DNA of 64,000 nt from Piromyces finnis finn (taxonomy: Eukaryota; Fungi; Neocallimastigomycota). Position numbers and translations under genes: made by a program. The notes under the pieces are model-generated. The model was not told the origin of the DNA, did no database searches, and saw only the letters and a list, made by a program, of their open reading frames with translations. Below are positions 13,530-34,784 of this stretch, piece after piece; the first letter of the stretch is position 1, and every line of letters starts with the position of its first letter. The DNA lies in assembly GCA_002104945.1 (NCBI GenBank), contig MCFH01000027.1, forward strand, positions 124,001-188,000, written 5' to 3'.

Positions 13530-14909
13530 ATGGCAAAAACTGCAAGTGAATTATTCAATGAAGCTAATTCAGCTTTTATTGATGAAGAATATGAACAAGC
13601 TTTAGAACTCTACACAAAAGCTATTGAAAGTGACTGCTCAAATGCCGAATATTTCTTAAAAAGATGCATTACTTATCAAAAGGTCAATAAATTAAAAGAA
13701 TCTATCAATGATGCAGATATGGCTATTAAAATATCACAAGGAAATCAAAAGATTGCTTCAAAAGCATATTTAAGAAAAGGTATTTCTGAATTTGAAAGTG
13801 AATTATATATTGAAGCTAAAAGTGATTTTGAAGTTGCAAATACTTTAATTCCAAATGATACTATATTAAAGGTATTATAACAATGTTTATTATAATGAAA
13901 TACAGATTATATTATATAATAAAAAAAAACATTCATAAGCAGAAATTCATCATTTAAAAAATTATATGTAAATATCTAATATAATATTGATATAAATACA
14001 TATAAAATATATTTTTGTTAAAATTTTTTAAGAAATGGCAAAAAAAAATTACTGAAAAGGAAACTGAAAATCCATCCTTATTTAAAAAAGCAGAAACAAC
14101 TAATACTTCACAATCACAAGATAATACTATAAATAACAATGGTACAGAACAACAATCTACAACAACAGAACAACAACAAAAAGTTCAACTCCCACCACAA
14201 AAAGTTCGTCATGAATGGTTCCAAAATGAAAACTTTGTTACTATTTCAGTATTCATTAAAAATGTTAAATCAGAAAATGTTACTGTTGATTTAGAAAATA
14301 GAGCCCTTTCTCTTACCATAAAATTGCCAACTGGTTCAGACTTTTTATTTGATTTAGATCCTTTAGCACACGAAATTATTCCAGAAGAAAGTAAATACAG
14401 TGTATTAAGTACAAAAATCGAAATTAAATTAAAGAAAAAAGTTATGGGAATTAAGTGGTCTATTTTAGAAGGTGAAGATGATAATATAGCTGCTCCAGTT
14501 ACAACATTAAATGATGCCAACAAACCAACTTATCCATCTTCTTCTAAAAAGGTAAAATCATATATATAATAAGTAAAAAGTCATTGAAAAAGATAGTTTT
14601 CATAAAATTAATAACATTTTATTTAAAAAAAAAAAAAAAAAAAAAAAAAATTAAATTAAATAGAAGTACGACTGGGATTCTTTAGAAAAATCAATTGAAG
14701 AAGATGAAAAACCAGAAGGTGATGCAGCATTAAATAATTTATTCCAACAAATTTATCGTGATGCTAGTGATGAAACTAAAAGAGCAATGATGAAAAGTTA
14801 TATTGAAAGTAATGGTACTTGTTTAAGTACAAATTGGGATGAAGTTAAAAAGAGTAAAGTTGAATGTAAACCACCAGAAGGTATGATTGCTAAAGCTTAC
14901 AACAGTTAA
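13530..14909 (+). CDS. SGT1: SGT1 Hsp90 co-chaperone (TPR-CS-SGS, about 368 aa, 3 exons)
   Basis: Exons 13530-13871, 14033-14551 and 14664-14909 joined by phase-0 GT..AG introns. TPR N-terminus, CS domain (RHEWFQN...KIEIKLKK), SGS domain ([13 protein letters not shown]...[35 protein letters not shown]). Confidence 0.95.
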
Positions 14910-15174
14910 ATTTTGATTCATCCAAAAACTTTGTAAATATATTAAAAAAAAAATTATATCAATTTAATATTTGATATCATAAAGTAATATTGCATTTAAT
15001 GACTATTATATATACAAACATTAATTTAATATTTAATTAAATAAAAATTCATAAAAATTAAAAAAAAAATAATAATAATAATCTAATAATAATAATTATT
15101 ATTATATTATTTTCTATTGATATCATTTTATTTATAGTGATTTTAGTATGTGGTTAGTAATAATAAATGGTTAA

Positions 15175-21885
<6,711 letters not shown>

Positions 21886-22709
21886 ATTCAATTCTTTTAC
21901 TTATAAATTATAATTGAATATATTTATACAAAGATTAATGTATTATTTAAATCTAATAAAAAAAAAAAAAGAAAGAAAAAAAAAAAGAAAAGAAAAATTT
22001 TATTTATAAATAATTAATATCCTTATATAAAAAAAAAAAAGAAAGAAAGAAAGAAAGAAAGAAACAAATTTCAATCCTTCATTCCTTTAATTTGTTTTGA
22101 AATTTATAATATGTTTTAATATTGAATTATAAATTCATATAGCGTTCTTTTTTTCTTTTTTTTTTTTTTTTTTTTTTGAATAAAAAAATTAATTAGATTT
22201 TTTTTTTGAAAATATTTGAAATCCACCAACATAATTAAAATCATAATCTACGTAATATGATATAATGTATACATATTGTATTAATAATAAATTTAATTTA
22301 AATATTATTATATTTTAAAAAAAAAAGTATACACCAAACAGTAACAGTAAAAGAAACAATAAGGATTCTTTCCTTTAAAAAAAAAAAAAAAAAAGAGGAA
22401 CATGTTTCTTTTCTTTTTCTACATTATTATTATATTTCAATAAATCCTATCATACAATTATTTATCATATAGTTTTTATATATTTTTTATAGTTTTTCTA
22501 AAAAAAAAAATTATTTATATCCATTTAAAGGTAAAAAATTATACTTACACTAAATGATGATTGGTTCGATTTTGATTTAAACTTTTTTATAATAAAATCA
22601 ACAACCAAAGCTTCAACAATTTTACTTTTTGTAGAAAAATAATTAGAATATCAAAATAATTTTTTAATTTCAATAGTATTTTTGATTTTAGATTATTAAA
22701 AAGTTCAAG

Positions 22710-25248
22710 ATGTTCTGGGGTAAGAAATAGTTAAATACTAATATATAATTTGTACAACTAAGGAAGAAATACAAAAATAAATTAAATAAAAAAAAATGCA
22801 ATATCAATTATTATGTTAAATTATACAAATATCATGAAATAGTATAAAAAAAAAGTTGATAAAATTTTTAATACATGATTCTCAAGATTAATTCCAAAAA
22901 TAAAATTAATAATTAATTATTCAAAAATAAATAAAATATATATATATTAAATAATAATAAAATAGAATAATTATGTTATAATTTTAATATTAAATTATCT
23001 TTATTTTTTTTTTAAAATGTATCCTAAAATTAGGTTTAAAAATTATGCCAGGTAAGACTTATACCCAAAAAGTCGAATACCCATTCAAGGTTACTATGGT
23101 AAGTAAAAAAAAAAAAAAAGTGTAAATTTGTAAAACTTTAAAAATAAATTAATTATATTTTTATAATTAAAATAAAATCTATTTTTTTAATTAAATTAAA
23201 AAATAAAAAAATAGGCTTGTCTTGGTCAAGAACCAATTCTTGGTAGACACTGTCTCTACGTTCGTGTTGAAAACCAAGATTATATGCTTTGTTCTCTTAA
23301 CTTTGGTCAAGTAAGTATTAAATTGGATTAAAATTAAAAAAACAAATGAACTAGAAATTTTGATTAAATATTAATGATTAATAATATATTTGTAATGTTG
23401 TAATATTATTTTGTAATTCAATTGTATGAAATAGAATGAACAACAATCATTAAATCTTGTTTTCTCTCCAGGAGAAGAAATTGTTTTCCACAGTGTTGGT
23501 AACGGGTAAGTTTAAAAGAAGTTTTTCAAATAAATAATATTAATATAATGAAAAATAACTAATATTAATTATTATAATATTATTTTATCAATAATAATAA
23601 AATAGTCCAATTTACTTAAGTGGTATGTACGATGTTGATGATTACGACGACGATGATGATATGGGTAATTATTAATATTTAATATATTCAACAAAATAAA
23701 TTAATACATAGTATGCATCCTAAATAAAATTATTATTATTAATTTATAAATTTTAGACGAAGATGAAGAAATGTACGAAAACGAAGTATGTATCACAAAA
23801 ACATTAAGAATTTTTATATATAATTCTGGATAAGCTTGTTAAAGCAGCATCAAAATTTTAGTTGATAAAAGTAACTTATAAGAAAATTTTATTAATAATT
23901 TTTATAGGAAGAAGAAGATGATGATGAAGAAGAAGATGAAGAAATTGATGAAGAAGGTATATATAATAGTTTCTGAACCTATCCATTATATAATAATATT
24001 CATAATTGTTAAAAAGAAACTCAGCATTAATAAATTAACATGATTATATATTATTAAATAGAACTCAAGAAATTAAAGGCTGATGCTAAGGTAAATTTTA
24101 CAACAACACTCTTGGATTAGAAAAATATTTATATATAAATAAAATTAAACTTTAAGGAAAAGAATAAATTAATATAATTATAATGAATATAAAATATGTT
24201 TTGTCTTTCAAAAACTGCTAAAAATCTTATTAAAAATAATAAAGTTTTATTATTAAAATTATATAATATAATAAATTTATTGTTAAATGATAGCAACCAC
24301 AAGAATAAAAATATGATATTATATAAATAATTATTTTTCATTTCACTCTCAAAAAAAAAAATATTAACTAAATATTAATATTCAGAAATTATTATTTATC
24401 AACAATCAGAAAAAAAAAATAGTATTCAATTAAATAGAAAATTAAAATAAAAAATTATTTTATATCTTAAAAGATCATTTTTTATCCCCAAAATTATCAT
24501 CGATAAACAAAAATTAAAATATAATAAATTCTAAATGCTATTTTAATATTATTATAATTTATTTTTATAGAAAACTGTTGCTCAACCAAAGAAGCAAACT
24601 GAAAAGAAGGCTGCTGCCCCAGCTAAGGAAGAAAAGAAGCCAGTTGAAAAGAAGGCTGCTGCTCCAGCTAAGGAAGAAAAGAAGCCAGTTGAAAAGAAGG
24701 CTGCTGCTCCAGCTAAGGAAGAAAAGAAGCCAGCTGAAAAGAAAGTCGCCGCTCCAGCTAAGGAAGAAAAGAAACCAGAACCAGCTGTTGAAAAGGCTCC
24801 AAAGAAGAAGACTCTTCAAAACGGTTTAGTTATTGAAGATATTACTGTTGGTACTGGTGCCAGAGCTAAGGCTGGTAAGAGAGTTGGTGTTCGTTACATT
24901 GGTAAATTAGCTAAGAATGGTAAGGTCTTTGATAAGAACACTAAGGGTGCTGTTTTCAAATTCAACCTTGGTAAGGGTGAAGTTATCAAGGGATGGGATC
25001 TTGGTGTTAACGGTATGAATGTTGGTGGTGTTCGTCGTTTAACTATTCCAGCCAATTTAGCCTATGGTTCTCGTGGTGCTCCACCAGATATTCCACCAAA
25101 CTCTACTCTTGTAAGTAATTTTTTTTATTTTTTGTCAATAACATCGATTTATACATATATTTTATTTGACGTTAACAACTAATTTTTATTTTATTATTTC
25201 AATGTTTATTAGATCTTTGAAGTTAAAATGATGACTGTTGGAAAGTAA
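22710..25248 (+). CDS. FPR3: Nucleoplasmin-like plus FKBP peptidyl-prolyl isomerase (Fpr3/Fpr4/FKBP53-like, about 327 aa, 10 exons)
   Basis: In-phase exons 22710-22719, 23034-23098, 23215-23310, 23435-23505, 23606-23664, 23757-23785, 23908-23956, 24062-24090, 24571-25110 and 25213-25248. They give [15 protein letters not shown]...PIYLSG, an acidic tract, [13 protein letters not shown] repeats, then the FKBP domain ([46 protein letters not shown]). Confidence 0.92.
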
Positions 25249-25653
25249 ACTTAAAAAAAAAAAATTATATAAAGCTCCAATGCCTATTTATTTATATAAT
25301 AAAGAGATTTATGTGCATTAATTAAATATAAGCCTATATTTTCATCAATAATATATATATATAGTTTTATATTTAATTATAAATATAATATTTTTAAAGT
25401 TTTTTTTTTTTTTTTAATTTATTTTTATATATTTTATCTACACGTTTTGTATTTATGTATATACAACCAATATAAAAAAATAAACATATATACAATCAAT
25501 ATAAAAAAAAATCCATCACCTTTATTATTTTAGGGTTTATATAACATTTTTTTTTTTTTTTTTTACTATATTAAAAGAGGTTAAAAAAAAAAAAAAAAAA
25601 AAAAAGCAAGGATCCTTATTGTTAACTTTTATAATTTAATTTTATATATATCC

Positions 25654-25684
<31 letters not shown>

Positions 25685-26099
25685 TAGTAATCTATTTAAT
25701 ATTTATTGTCATAGAATAGGATCCAATTGTTTAGGGATTTAAACGTATTATTATCCATGGTAATATGTTACCTGATATAGTTTTTATAATTTGAAAAAAA
25801 AAAAAAAAAAAATCTATTTCTTTTAAGATAAAAATACGAATTAGTTCTGCCAAGCATTACAAATAATACTATTTCTACTTTTTTTTTTTTTCCTTCTTCC
25901 TTAAATTCAACTGTACTACATTTCATCTTTTATGAAAAACTATATTACAATAATAAACTTTTAGGTTAATTGAATATATACATATTTTTTTTTTATCCTT
26001 CAATTATCCTTTTATATATATATATATATGTGTGTGTGTGTATATATAACTTTTAAAGATAATTACTTTTTTAATGTGTTCTATGAAATAGCCCCATTG

Positions 26100-26131
<32 letters not shown>

Positions 26132-26186
26132 TATTCATATTCAAAAAAAAAATAAAAAATAAAATAAAAAATGGATGGGGTTAAAA

Positions 26187-26912
26187 ATGAAAAAAAAAAA
26201 AAAAAAATTTTATTGCTTTAATAGGCATTACTGTTCTTTCCACCGCAAAATCTTTTACTGTTTGCTGGAATAGGAATCTAGGTTACTCATACTATTTTTT
26301 CCTTCATCTCATATTATACATGTTAGAGTATTTAAAACGGTTCTTGTGGTGTGATATTCAAAGGAATTACAAAGTCATAAACTGATGCATTAATTCTTAT
26401 TACACCACTGAAATCAATGTGGCTATTGCTCAATTAGAAGATTCTTCTCTTTATCAAAGAAAAAAAAAAAAAAAAAAGTCTGAGAAAATGAAGGACTATT
26501 CTTTCTCGTAATCCAGACATTGAATAGAACACATGTCCAGATGAAAAAAAAAAAAAAAAAAAAAAAAAGATATATTCAAGCTATGTACAAAACATTCAAG
26601 TATACTGATATTAAATCTGTTTACTTCATTGATAATACTTTTTGTAATGGTCACACAAGACTGACCATACTCCTATAGATGAATGGTGCAATCAAAACTT
26701 TGTGTTGGTATTATTCTAAAACACAAGCCAATCCTTGTTCCGGTATGGACTAATTGATGCCTTCTACTGGGTTAAATCACTCGATGAATTTGAATGATAC
26801 TTCTGCTAAAATACTAAAAAGTTATGATGCTTACTATGAATATATTACTGAAACAATGGTTCTAAAAGCACTTTAAACAAGGTTTTGAAAACGCCAACTC
26901 CACCACTCTTGA
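26187..26912 (+). pseudogene. Decayed, internally deleted secreted dockerin-GH6 cellulase
   Basis: Remnants in shifting frames: signal-like FIALIGITVLSTA, dockerin-like CWNRNLGY..NGSCGV, YYTTEINVAIAQLEDSSL, SEKMKDYS, YIQAMYK..VYFID..NGH, DEWCNQ, ANPCSGM, IDAFYWVKSLDE, WF*KHFKQGFENAN. These match the C-terminal GH6 pattern (WCN..DAFYWVKP.GESDG..WF...F..G.ENANP) that I recall from anaerobic-fungal CelA-type enzymes. Poly-A runs and stops interrupt it. Confidence 0.8.
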
Positions 26913-29900
26913 TTATTTAATTTTGAAGTATTATTTAATTTAAAATATTACTTTATAATTTTTTATTAATATACCAAAATTATTTTTATTGAAATAAAAA
27001 TAAAAACAAAAGCCATAAAAAAATTATAGAAAAAAAATAACACTAAGAAGTAATAAAAAAAAAAAAAAAAAAAAAAAAAACTTTGAAATATAATAATTAA
27101 AATATAAAAGAAAAAGATTGAATAATTATGGATATTATGGATATAAAAGTATATTTTAAAAGTATAAGGAAAAATAAATATCCAAAATGAAAATAAAGAT
27201 TTAAAAAAAAAATATATATTTTGTATAACTTAAAAGGGTTAAGTTTACTATGGAAAATACTAAAATATTTCATTTTTTTACATTTCATATATAATTATTA
27301 GTTATTTCGTCATTCTATTTCTAATGTTATTTTTTTAAATTAATTTCTTTTAAAAAAAATCCAGGTATATATGTATATACTCTATTATACTTTTATGCAT
27401 TGTTTTTTAATTTTCTTTAATCCAATGTGTAATAAAGATTAAAAAAAAAAAAAAAAAGAAATTTTTTACAATAAACTTTACTTTAAAATAAAAAGGTACA
27501 ATGAATAAATAGGTAACGATTATTATTGAACAATAATAATATAAATAATTATTAGTAATATCAAAAAATATATATATATAAAGTATTTCTTTACGGAAAA
27601 TAATAAAAATATATATACTTGATCAAAAAGGAATACGATTTAATAAAAACAAATAAATAAAAAGTAATAATGATCCTATTTAATATTTTATTTAATAAAA
27701 TATAACCCTTTGTAAACTGATTACCAAAGTTTAATCAACAGTATTTATATATTTATAATATATTATAATTGATTAAATGAAATTAAAAAAAAAAAAAAAA
27801 AAAAAACAAATAATCCTTAATCCTAGGAAATTATACTCTATTATTTTCTATATTTCTATTTATATAATTTTGGTTAGGTTTACAAAAATTTGAAAAAACC
27901 CTGTACCATTAATCTATTAATATTATTGATAAATATATGTTATCATATAAATATCACATGCTATATTTATCTTTTTGTTTTATCCTATGAAAAAAAAATT
28001 GAGATAAATTTTAATTTTATTGATAGAAAAAAGAATTAATATATATATATATATAAAACTTTTTTATTTTTTAAAAATAAATAAATATTTTCATATTTTA
28101 TAAAAATTAAATTAGTCCATTTTTCATGCAATGTAAAACAACGTCTTACTTGAATATTTTACTATATATCATTTTTTAGGAAAAGCTGTTATGTTATTTA
28201 AGAATACAAAAAATCAATAAGCCTAAAGCATTTATCTGAGACACAATTTTTAATAATTCCCTTTTTTGTTGATATTAATTTTTCTGTTTTTATCAATCTT
28301 TATCATTATTTCTAAGGGTTAGGTATAACCTTTTCAATAATTAAGATAGGAAATCTGGAAAAATTTTTTATATTGTGTATCTATAATATATTATTTTAAT
28401 ATATTAAATTATGGTTCAATAAAAGAATTTAAATATGGTTACACAAATGACATATATAACAAATTTAATTTATATAATATATTGTAATATGCATTAAGCT
28501 TTTTTAATTTATATTATTATATTAATAAAAAATTAATTTAATAGTGGAAAAATTAATAATTAAATAATTAAAAGAAATGAATAAATAATAAATTATCATT
28601 TGATTTATCAACAGTAAAGAAAATGATTGATAATTTGTATTAGAATGAAGAAAATGGAAACTCTTTCTTATATAGCTTTAATATTGCAACTCTTTACTTT
28701 TTTTTTAAAATAGAAATCAATTATATTTAAATAAAATAATGATAGTAGCTCTATCTATACTATTGATAGTATATAAATAAAGAAAAATTAAAATTTTTCA
28801 TAAAAAATAACAGAAAGAGTTTAAAAAAAAATTAAACTCAAAACAAAAATTATTCCCTCCTATAATTTTACTGTATTTTCATTATTCGAACAAGTAATAA
28901 GGAATAGTCAAATTTTGATACTTTTTTTTTGAATATTCTTTTTCATTTATGCTTTTTATTTTTTTTCAAAGTACTTTTTTTTTTTTTAAAGCATCTTATC
29001 CATTATGAATGAAGGAATACAAAAAAAAATTAATATTTAAAAATATTCTCAAATAAATCATTAATATATTATCAATCATATCCTAATATATATTATCAAT
29101 TAAAATACCAAATTTCAATTTGTGGATTAAAATTATAAAATTGAATAAAGTGTTTTACTTTTTTATTGGAGGATAAAGAGTATAAGTGGAAAAATGAGCG
29201 GGGAAACTGTTACTAAATCTATTATTAAATTTGGTTAGAATGATTAATAAAAATATTTAAATAACCTATTATAATAATAAGGTGCTTTATAGTTGTTGTT
29301 ATCTAACTATGTTTATAAATAGTATGAATATTAAGGTAGAAACAATGATTTGTTAATAAATTCTTATGATCTTTAATAAATTATAATTCATGAATGAAAA
29401 TACTTTCTATTTATGTCATTTTTAATTGACCATTATATCTACAGTTGCTATTATTGGCTGATGCTATAGGTCATTTGTAGTAGTGGGTGGTGGTGTTACC
29501 ACCATAATCTTTTTTAATATTTAGATCTGTCATTTAGTATTAATTAGGTTTAATTATTATCAGTGTAACCATTCTTTTTATAATTATTCTTATTATCAAG
29601 AATTCTAAATAATATCAATTTTACTTTTTATCAAAAAAAAAAAAATTTTTTTTATTCCTATTGAATTGATAAATTTATTAATTTTTTTTTTAATTTATTC
29701 AATTCAATCTTATTTTTTAAAAAAAAAACTTCTCTTTCATCCACCAATAAAATGTTATCAATTTTTTTTTTAAATTTAAATCTTACACAATGGTAGTGGT
29801 AATACAAAAATAATACTCTACCCTAATACCTACCTAATAGGATTTAATATTATGATTGCAATTGAACCACTGCATGTTTTAATATTAATAATAAAAAAAA

Positions 29901-32281
29901 AAAAAGGTTTTAAATATAAAATTATAAGAATCTCCACAACTTTTTTTGATTAGTCATAATTCTTATTTTTATTGGTGAAGTGTTAGCATTAATAATGATG
30001 TTTGTATATTAAAAAATTGATCATCTAAACTTTTTTAAATTTAAAATCGGTAAAAAAAAATCATGTAATCTTTTTACTACTTCAACAACCCAATTTACTT
30101 TTATCAAATATATTTATAGCTACTAAAATATTTTATTAGTGTTTTAAATACTCTATAAAAAAACCACTTTTTTTTTCTTTTAGAATAGTAAAACAGAAAA
30201 AATGGATTTCAATAAAATAAAAATAAAATAAAAATTAAATCAACAATGTATACATAATATATAATGTATACAATTTAAATTTTTTAATTTAAAACTAAAA
30301 ATTTTATTTGTTACATCCAAAAAAAAACTATCTTTTTTTTTTAAAAAAATTTTTGATAGAATATAATTAAATTTATCAAAAAAAGAATTTTTTATCAAAA
30401 AAAAAAAAATTTAAGATAAATAAAAGAATAAATTTTTTTAGTTACTCTTTTTATAATTATAATAATTCATTCAAGTCATACTAATTATTTTTAAATATTC
30501 GTTTATTTTTTTACTTTTTTTTTTCGTTTTCTCTATTCTTTTATATTTCTAACAAAGGTTTCACTTATCTTTGGCTAGGAATTAAATCATTTTGAAAGTT
30601 TTTTTTTAAATTTTTATTTTCAATTTTAATGAATTAAATTTATTTAATATATTAAAGCATATTGTAATATATTTTATATAAATTAAATTTTTTAATATTT
30701 GAGATTAGTTGATATCAATCTAATATTTTTCGGTGATAAAAATTTTAATTTAATTTCTACAATTATAGTTACACAAATATAATATTATATATGCATAATA
30801 TATAATAATACAACATTCAATTCATTATAATATTATAATAGACTATTGATAAGTGAAACAGAATATATTTTACATTTATTAAATAGATTTCCAATAAATT
30901 TTATTTCTTATTATCAAAACATTTTTTATATATAAATAAACAAAATTTTACTCTTTCTGCTATTTTTTATTTTTTTGCTTTTTTTCAATTTTCATTAATA
31001 TATTATTAAATATAATTGATTGAATAGTTTATTTATTTAAAGAATAGAATGAACCATATATAAATTTCTATTCTTTATATAAATTTAAATAGAATTAAAA
31101 AAAATTTACCTGGAAATCTATTCATTCCATTTATTAATAGTAGTATTATAAATATAAGGTAAATATATTATAATTATATATAAAAATTATTATTATGAAA
31201 TGTTAGATTATATTAAAAAAATAGAATAAGCATAGCCATTTTATTAATAAAAAAAGTTATTATTGTTAGTTGTATTAATGAAAAAAATACTAAGTATTGT
31301 TTTGGTGATAGTGGTGGATATTGTGATAGGAAAAAAAAAATTATGGTCAAAATTAAAGTAAAAATTGAGTATATAAAAATAAAAATAGACCAAGAAAAAA
31401 ATAAAAAAAAATAAATAAATATAAAAAATATAAAAAATAATAAAATTGTTATTTTATTATTATAAACACTTTTTTATTTTTCAACAAAAAATATTTACTT
31501 TTTAATCTTTTGGATTGTGAAGAATATAAATAGAATTGAAGAATTTAAAATATCATAAAAAGAAATAACTAGTAAATAATTTTGTTTGAAAAAAAATTAG
31601 TGATTTAAATCTATAGAAATATATAAAAAATTAATAAAATAATAATAAATAATAATAATAATAAATAATTATAAATAAATAATTATAATAATAAATTGAT
31701 AATAATAACAAATAATAAATAAATAATAATTTTTATATAATAAGTTAATTATAGATCAATAAACTAATCTATATATTAAAATATTAACTTTTTAAATTTA
31801 TTATTATTTTTTTAATTAGTAAATAAAAATTATAAAGAAACCAAAATAAAATAACAGTAATAAAATATTAAGCAAAAGAAAACAAAGAAAAAATAAATAA
31901 AATAAAATAAAAATAAAAAAAAAACAATAATAATATATAAATAATAAAAAAAGTATAAAATCGAAACAACAAAAGATTATTATACTAGATATTATTAAAC
32001 AACATATATTTACATAATTTAAAATATATAATATCAATATAAAACAGCATCATATATTAATATCAAAAGAGAATTTTAATATTATATATATAAGAATTCT
32101 ATTTCGTTATCATTATATTTAATAATAATTAATACTATTTTCCATTAAAAAAAAAAAAAACTTTAGAATTATCTATATATTTTTTATATTATAATTAATA
32201 TTGTATATAAATAATTTAAATCTTTGATTATAAAATATTATAAAGAAATTCATAGATACATTTTTCAACATAAATATTAAA

Positions 32282-34384
32282 ATGAAAGGTAAAAACAATA
32301 AGAACGAAAATTTATCTACTTCTTTAAAGAGTAATAGCTCAAGTAGCAGTTCAAGTAGTTCAAGTAGCAGCTCAAATGATAGTAAGAAAAATTTAAATGC
32401 TTACTTCAACAACTCTCCAAATAGTTATAGAAAATCAAATATTTCTCCAAATCATTCTAGTCTTGATAGAAATGGTAGAGTTATGCATTTCCTCAATAAT
32501 CAAAAAGTTAATGGTAATAGTTCAATAAGTAGCAAGCATTCTTCTTCTTCTGAATCCAAATCATCTGTAACTGTTACTGAAAAGAATAAAGTCGAAGAAT
32601 TTGATGTATTAGATGAACAATTAGAAAAAAATTCTGAATGTGCTCCTTCTGAAATCAGCGATTCCGATATTGAAACTGCTACTGAAACAGAAAATGAAGA
32701 CAATGTCTCTGTTCACGGAAAAGGTCAAAATATTCATTTTGATGATTATCTTAAACCAAATAGAATTAATATCAAGAAACCATATGCTCATGAGGGTTAC
32801 ATGAGTTTACCAGTACATGATGATTTAAGTAGAAGTGGTACTTCCTTTTATGATACTCATAGTAAGAGTATTGATGATTGGGCTGTTTCCTATAAAAAAA
32901 CTTTCAAGTCAAAGATGGATAATATGACTATGAATTACAGTGAATTTCCTCCAAGTTTAAAGGCTTACAGAAAAAAAGTAAAGAATAGAAAACATCATCC
33001 TGAACTTTATGCTGAAGAAGAAGGCGTTCCAGCCAATAGTGGATATGAATCCATTGTTAACTATGATGAAGAAACTACAACTGAAACTAAGCCAAGTAGT
33101 AACCACGGAATGGAATCAGGAAGTAGTACTGAAATTATTCAAGCTTCTGAAGGTTCTGAAACTTCTCCATTAATACCAAAGCCAGAAGATTTAGAAAAGA
33201 AATCAACTTTCACTCAATCTTGTTTCAATTCAGTTAATGTTTTAATGGGTATCGGTTTAATTTCATTCCCATTCGCCTTTTACCTTACCGGTTGGTTTGT
33301 TGGTATTTTAATGTTGATCTTCTTTGCTTTATTAACTATGCATACTGCTAAAATTTTGGGTAAATGTATGAAGATTAATAACTTAACTAATTATTCTGAA
33401 ATTGGATATGCTGCTTTTGGTAAAAAGGGTTATGTCTTTATCTCATTATTCTTTAGTTTTGAATTATTCGCTTGTTCTGTTTCCTTAATCATTTTAATTG
33501 CTGATTCTTTAGTCGCTCTTTTCCCAAGTCTTAATGGTACTATGATTAAGGTTCTTTCCTTCTTCTTCATTACTCCATTGACTTACCCAAAACACTTGGG
33601 AGCTTTAGCTTGGGGATCACTTATTGGTATCTTTGCTATTGCTAATTTAGCTACAATTCTTTTCTATGATGGTTTCAGTAAGGAGGATTATCCAGGTTCT
33701 TTAATTTCTCCAGCCGAAACTTTCTTATTACCAGTTAACATTATGCGTGTTCCACTTTCTGTTGGTATTATTATGGCAGGTTTTAGTGGTCATTCTGTTT
33801 TCCCAACCATTTATCATGATATGAGAGAACCAAAGAAATACAACAATGTTGTCAATATTAGTTACTCACTTACATTACTTCTCTATTTCTTAGTTGCTGC
33901 TGCTGGTTATGCTATGTTTGGTGAAAAGACTCTCCCAGAAATTACACAAAATATTGCTGAAATTCCTGTATACAGTAGATTTGTTAATCGCTTAACTATT
34001 TGGTTGATGGTTATTAACCCAATTACAAAGTACGGTGTAAACTTAATTCCATTAAATGCTAATATTGAACAAATTTATCTTCCACTTTTCGATTTCTGTT
34101 CAGAAGGAGTAAGAGAAATTATCAGATTATCAGGAAGAACTATTATTTCTTTCTTAGTTGTCTTTGTTTCTATCGTTTTCCCAGAATTCCAAAAAGTTCT
34201 CTGTTTACTTGGTTCCTTATTCTCAATGATTATTTGTGTAATCTTCCCATGCATGTGTTATAGCGTCTTATATAAGGGTAGATTAAGTACCTCTGAAAGA
34301 TATATCAACAAGCTCATTATTGTAGTTTCATCAATGATTGCTATTATTGGTACCGTTTGGGCCTTTATTCCAAATATTATTTAA
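32282..34384 (+). CDS. AVT1: Amino-acid transporter, Aa_trans/AAAP family, Avt1-like (700 aa)
   Basis: Long hydrophilic N-terminus, then STFTQSCFNSVNVLMGIGLISFPFAF, GFSGHSVFPTIYHDMREPKKY, GYAMFG, NPITKY and multiple hydrophobic segments. Intronless. Confidence 0.88.
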   Translation: MKGKNNKNENLSTSLKSNSSSSSSSSSSSSSNDSKKNLNAYFNNSPNSYRKSNISPNHSSLDRNGRVMHFLNNQKVNGNSSISSKHSSSSESKSSVTVTEKNKVEEFDVLDEQLEKNSECAPSEISDSDIETATETENEDNVSVHGKGQNIHFDDYLKPNRINIKKPYAHEGYMSLPVHDDLSRSGTSFYDTHSKSIDDWAVSYKKTFKSKMDNMTMNYSEFPPSLKAYRKKVKNRKHHPELYAEEEGVPANSGYESIVNYDEETTTETKPSSNHGMESGSSTEIIQASEGSETSPLIPKPEDLEKKSTFTQSCFNSVNVLMGIGLISFPFAFYLTGWFVGILMLIFFALLTMHTAKILGKCMKINNLTNYSEIGYAAFGKKGYVFISLFFSFELFACSVSLIILIADSLVALFPSLNGTMIKVLSFFFITPLTYPKHLGALAWGSLIGIFAIANLATILFYDGFSKEDYPGSLISPAETFLLPVNIMRVPLSVGIIMAGFSGHSVFPTIYHDMREPKKYNNVVNISYSLTLLLYFLVAAAGYAMFGEKTLPEITQNIAEIPVYSRFVNRLTIWLMVINPITKYGVNLIPLNANIEQIYLPLFDFCSEGVREIIRLSGRTIISFLVVFVSIVFPEFQKVLCLLGSLFSMIICVIFPCMCYSVLYKGRLSTSERYINKLIIVVSSMIAIIGTVWAFIPNII

Positions 34385-34743
34385 ATTATTCATGAGAATT
34401 TGAATATTAAATAATTAATGTTTAAAGATTTATATATCTTTTTTTTTTTTAATGTTATCTTTTTTTTTATTTTTTTCAATATATTTAATTTATTTATATA
34501 TAATATTACAAAGTTGAAACAACACTATTGTTTGTTATAGTGTATAAACTAGTTTAAAGAAAGGGAAGAAAAAAGAATAAGAAATCTAGGTAGATTTTTT
34601 TAAAAAAGAAAAATATTAGAATTTCCACCTATTATTGTTTAATAATATTTATTAATATCCTATCTTGTCTTAATAAAAAAAAACGGAAATAATAAAGCTA
34701 ATTAATAATAGATTTATTAAATATTGACGTTTTTATTATTAAG

Positions 34744-34784
<41 letters not shown>

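Noticed and set aside
24565-24829. Short ORFs on both strands over the FKBP linker
   Set aside because: They are off-frame or antisense shadows of the [13 protein letters not shown] repeats.
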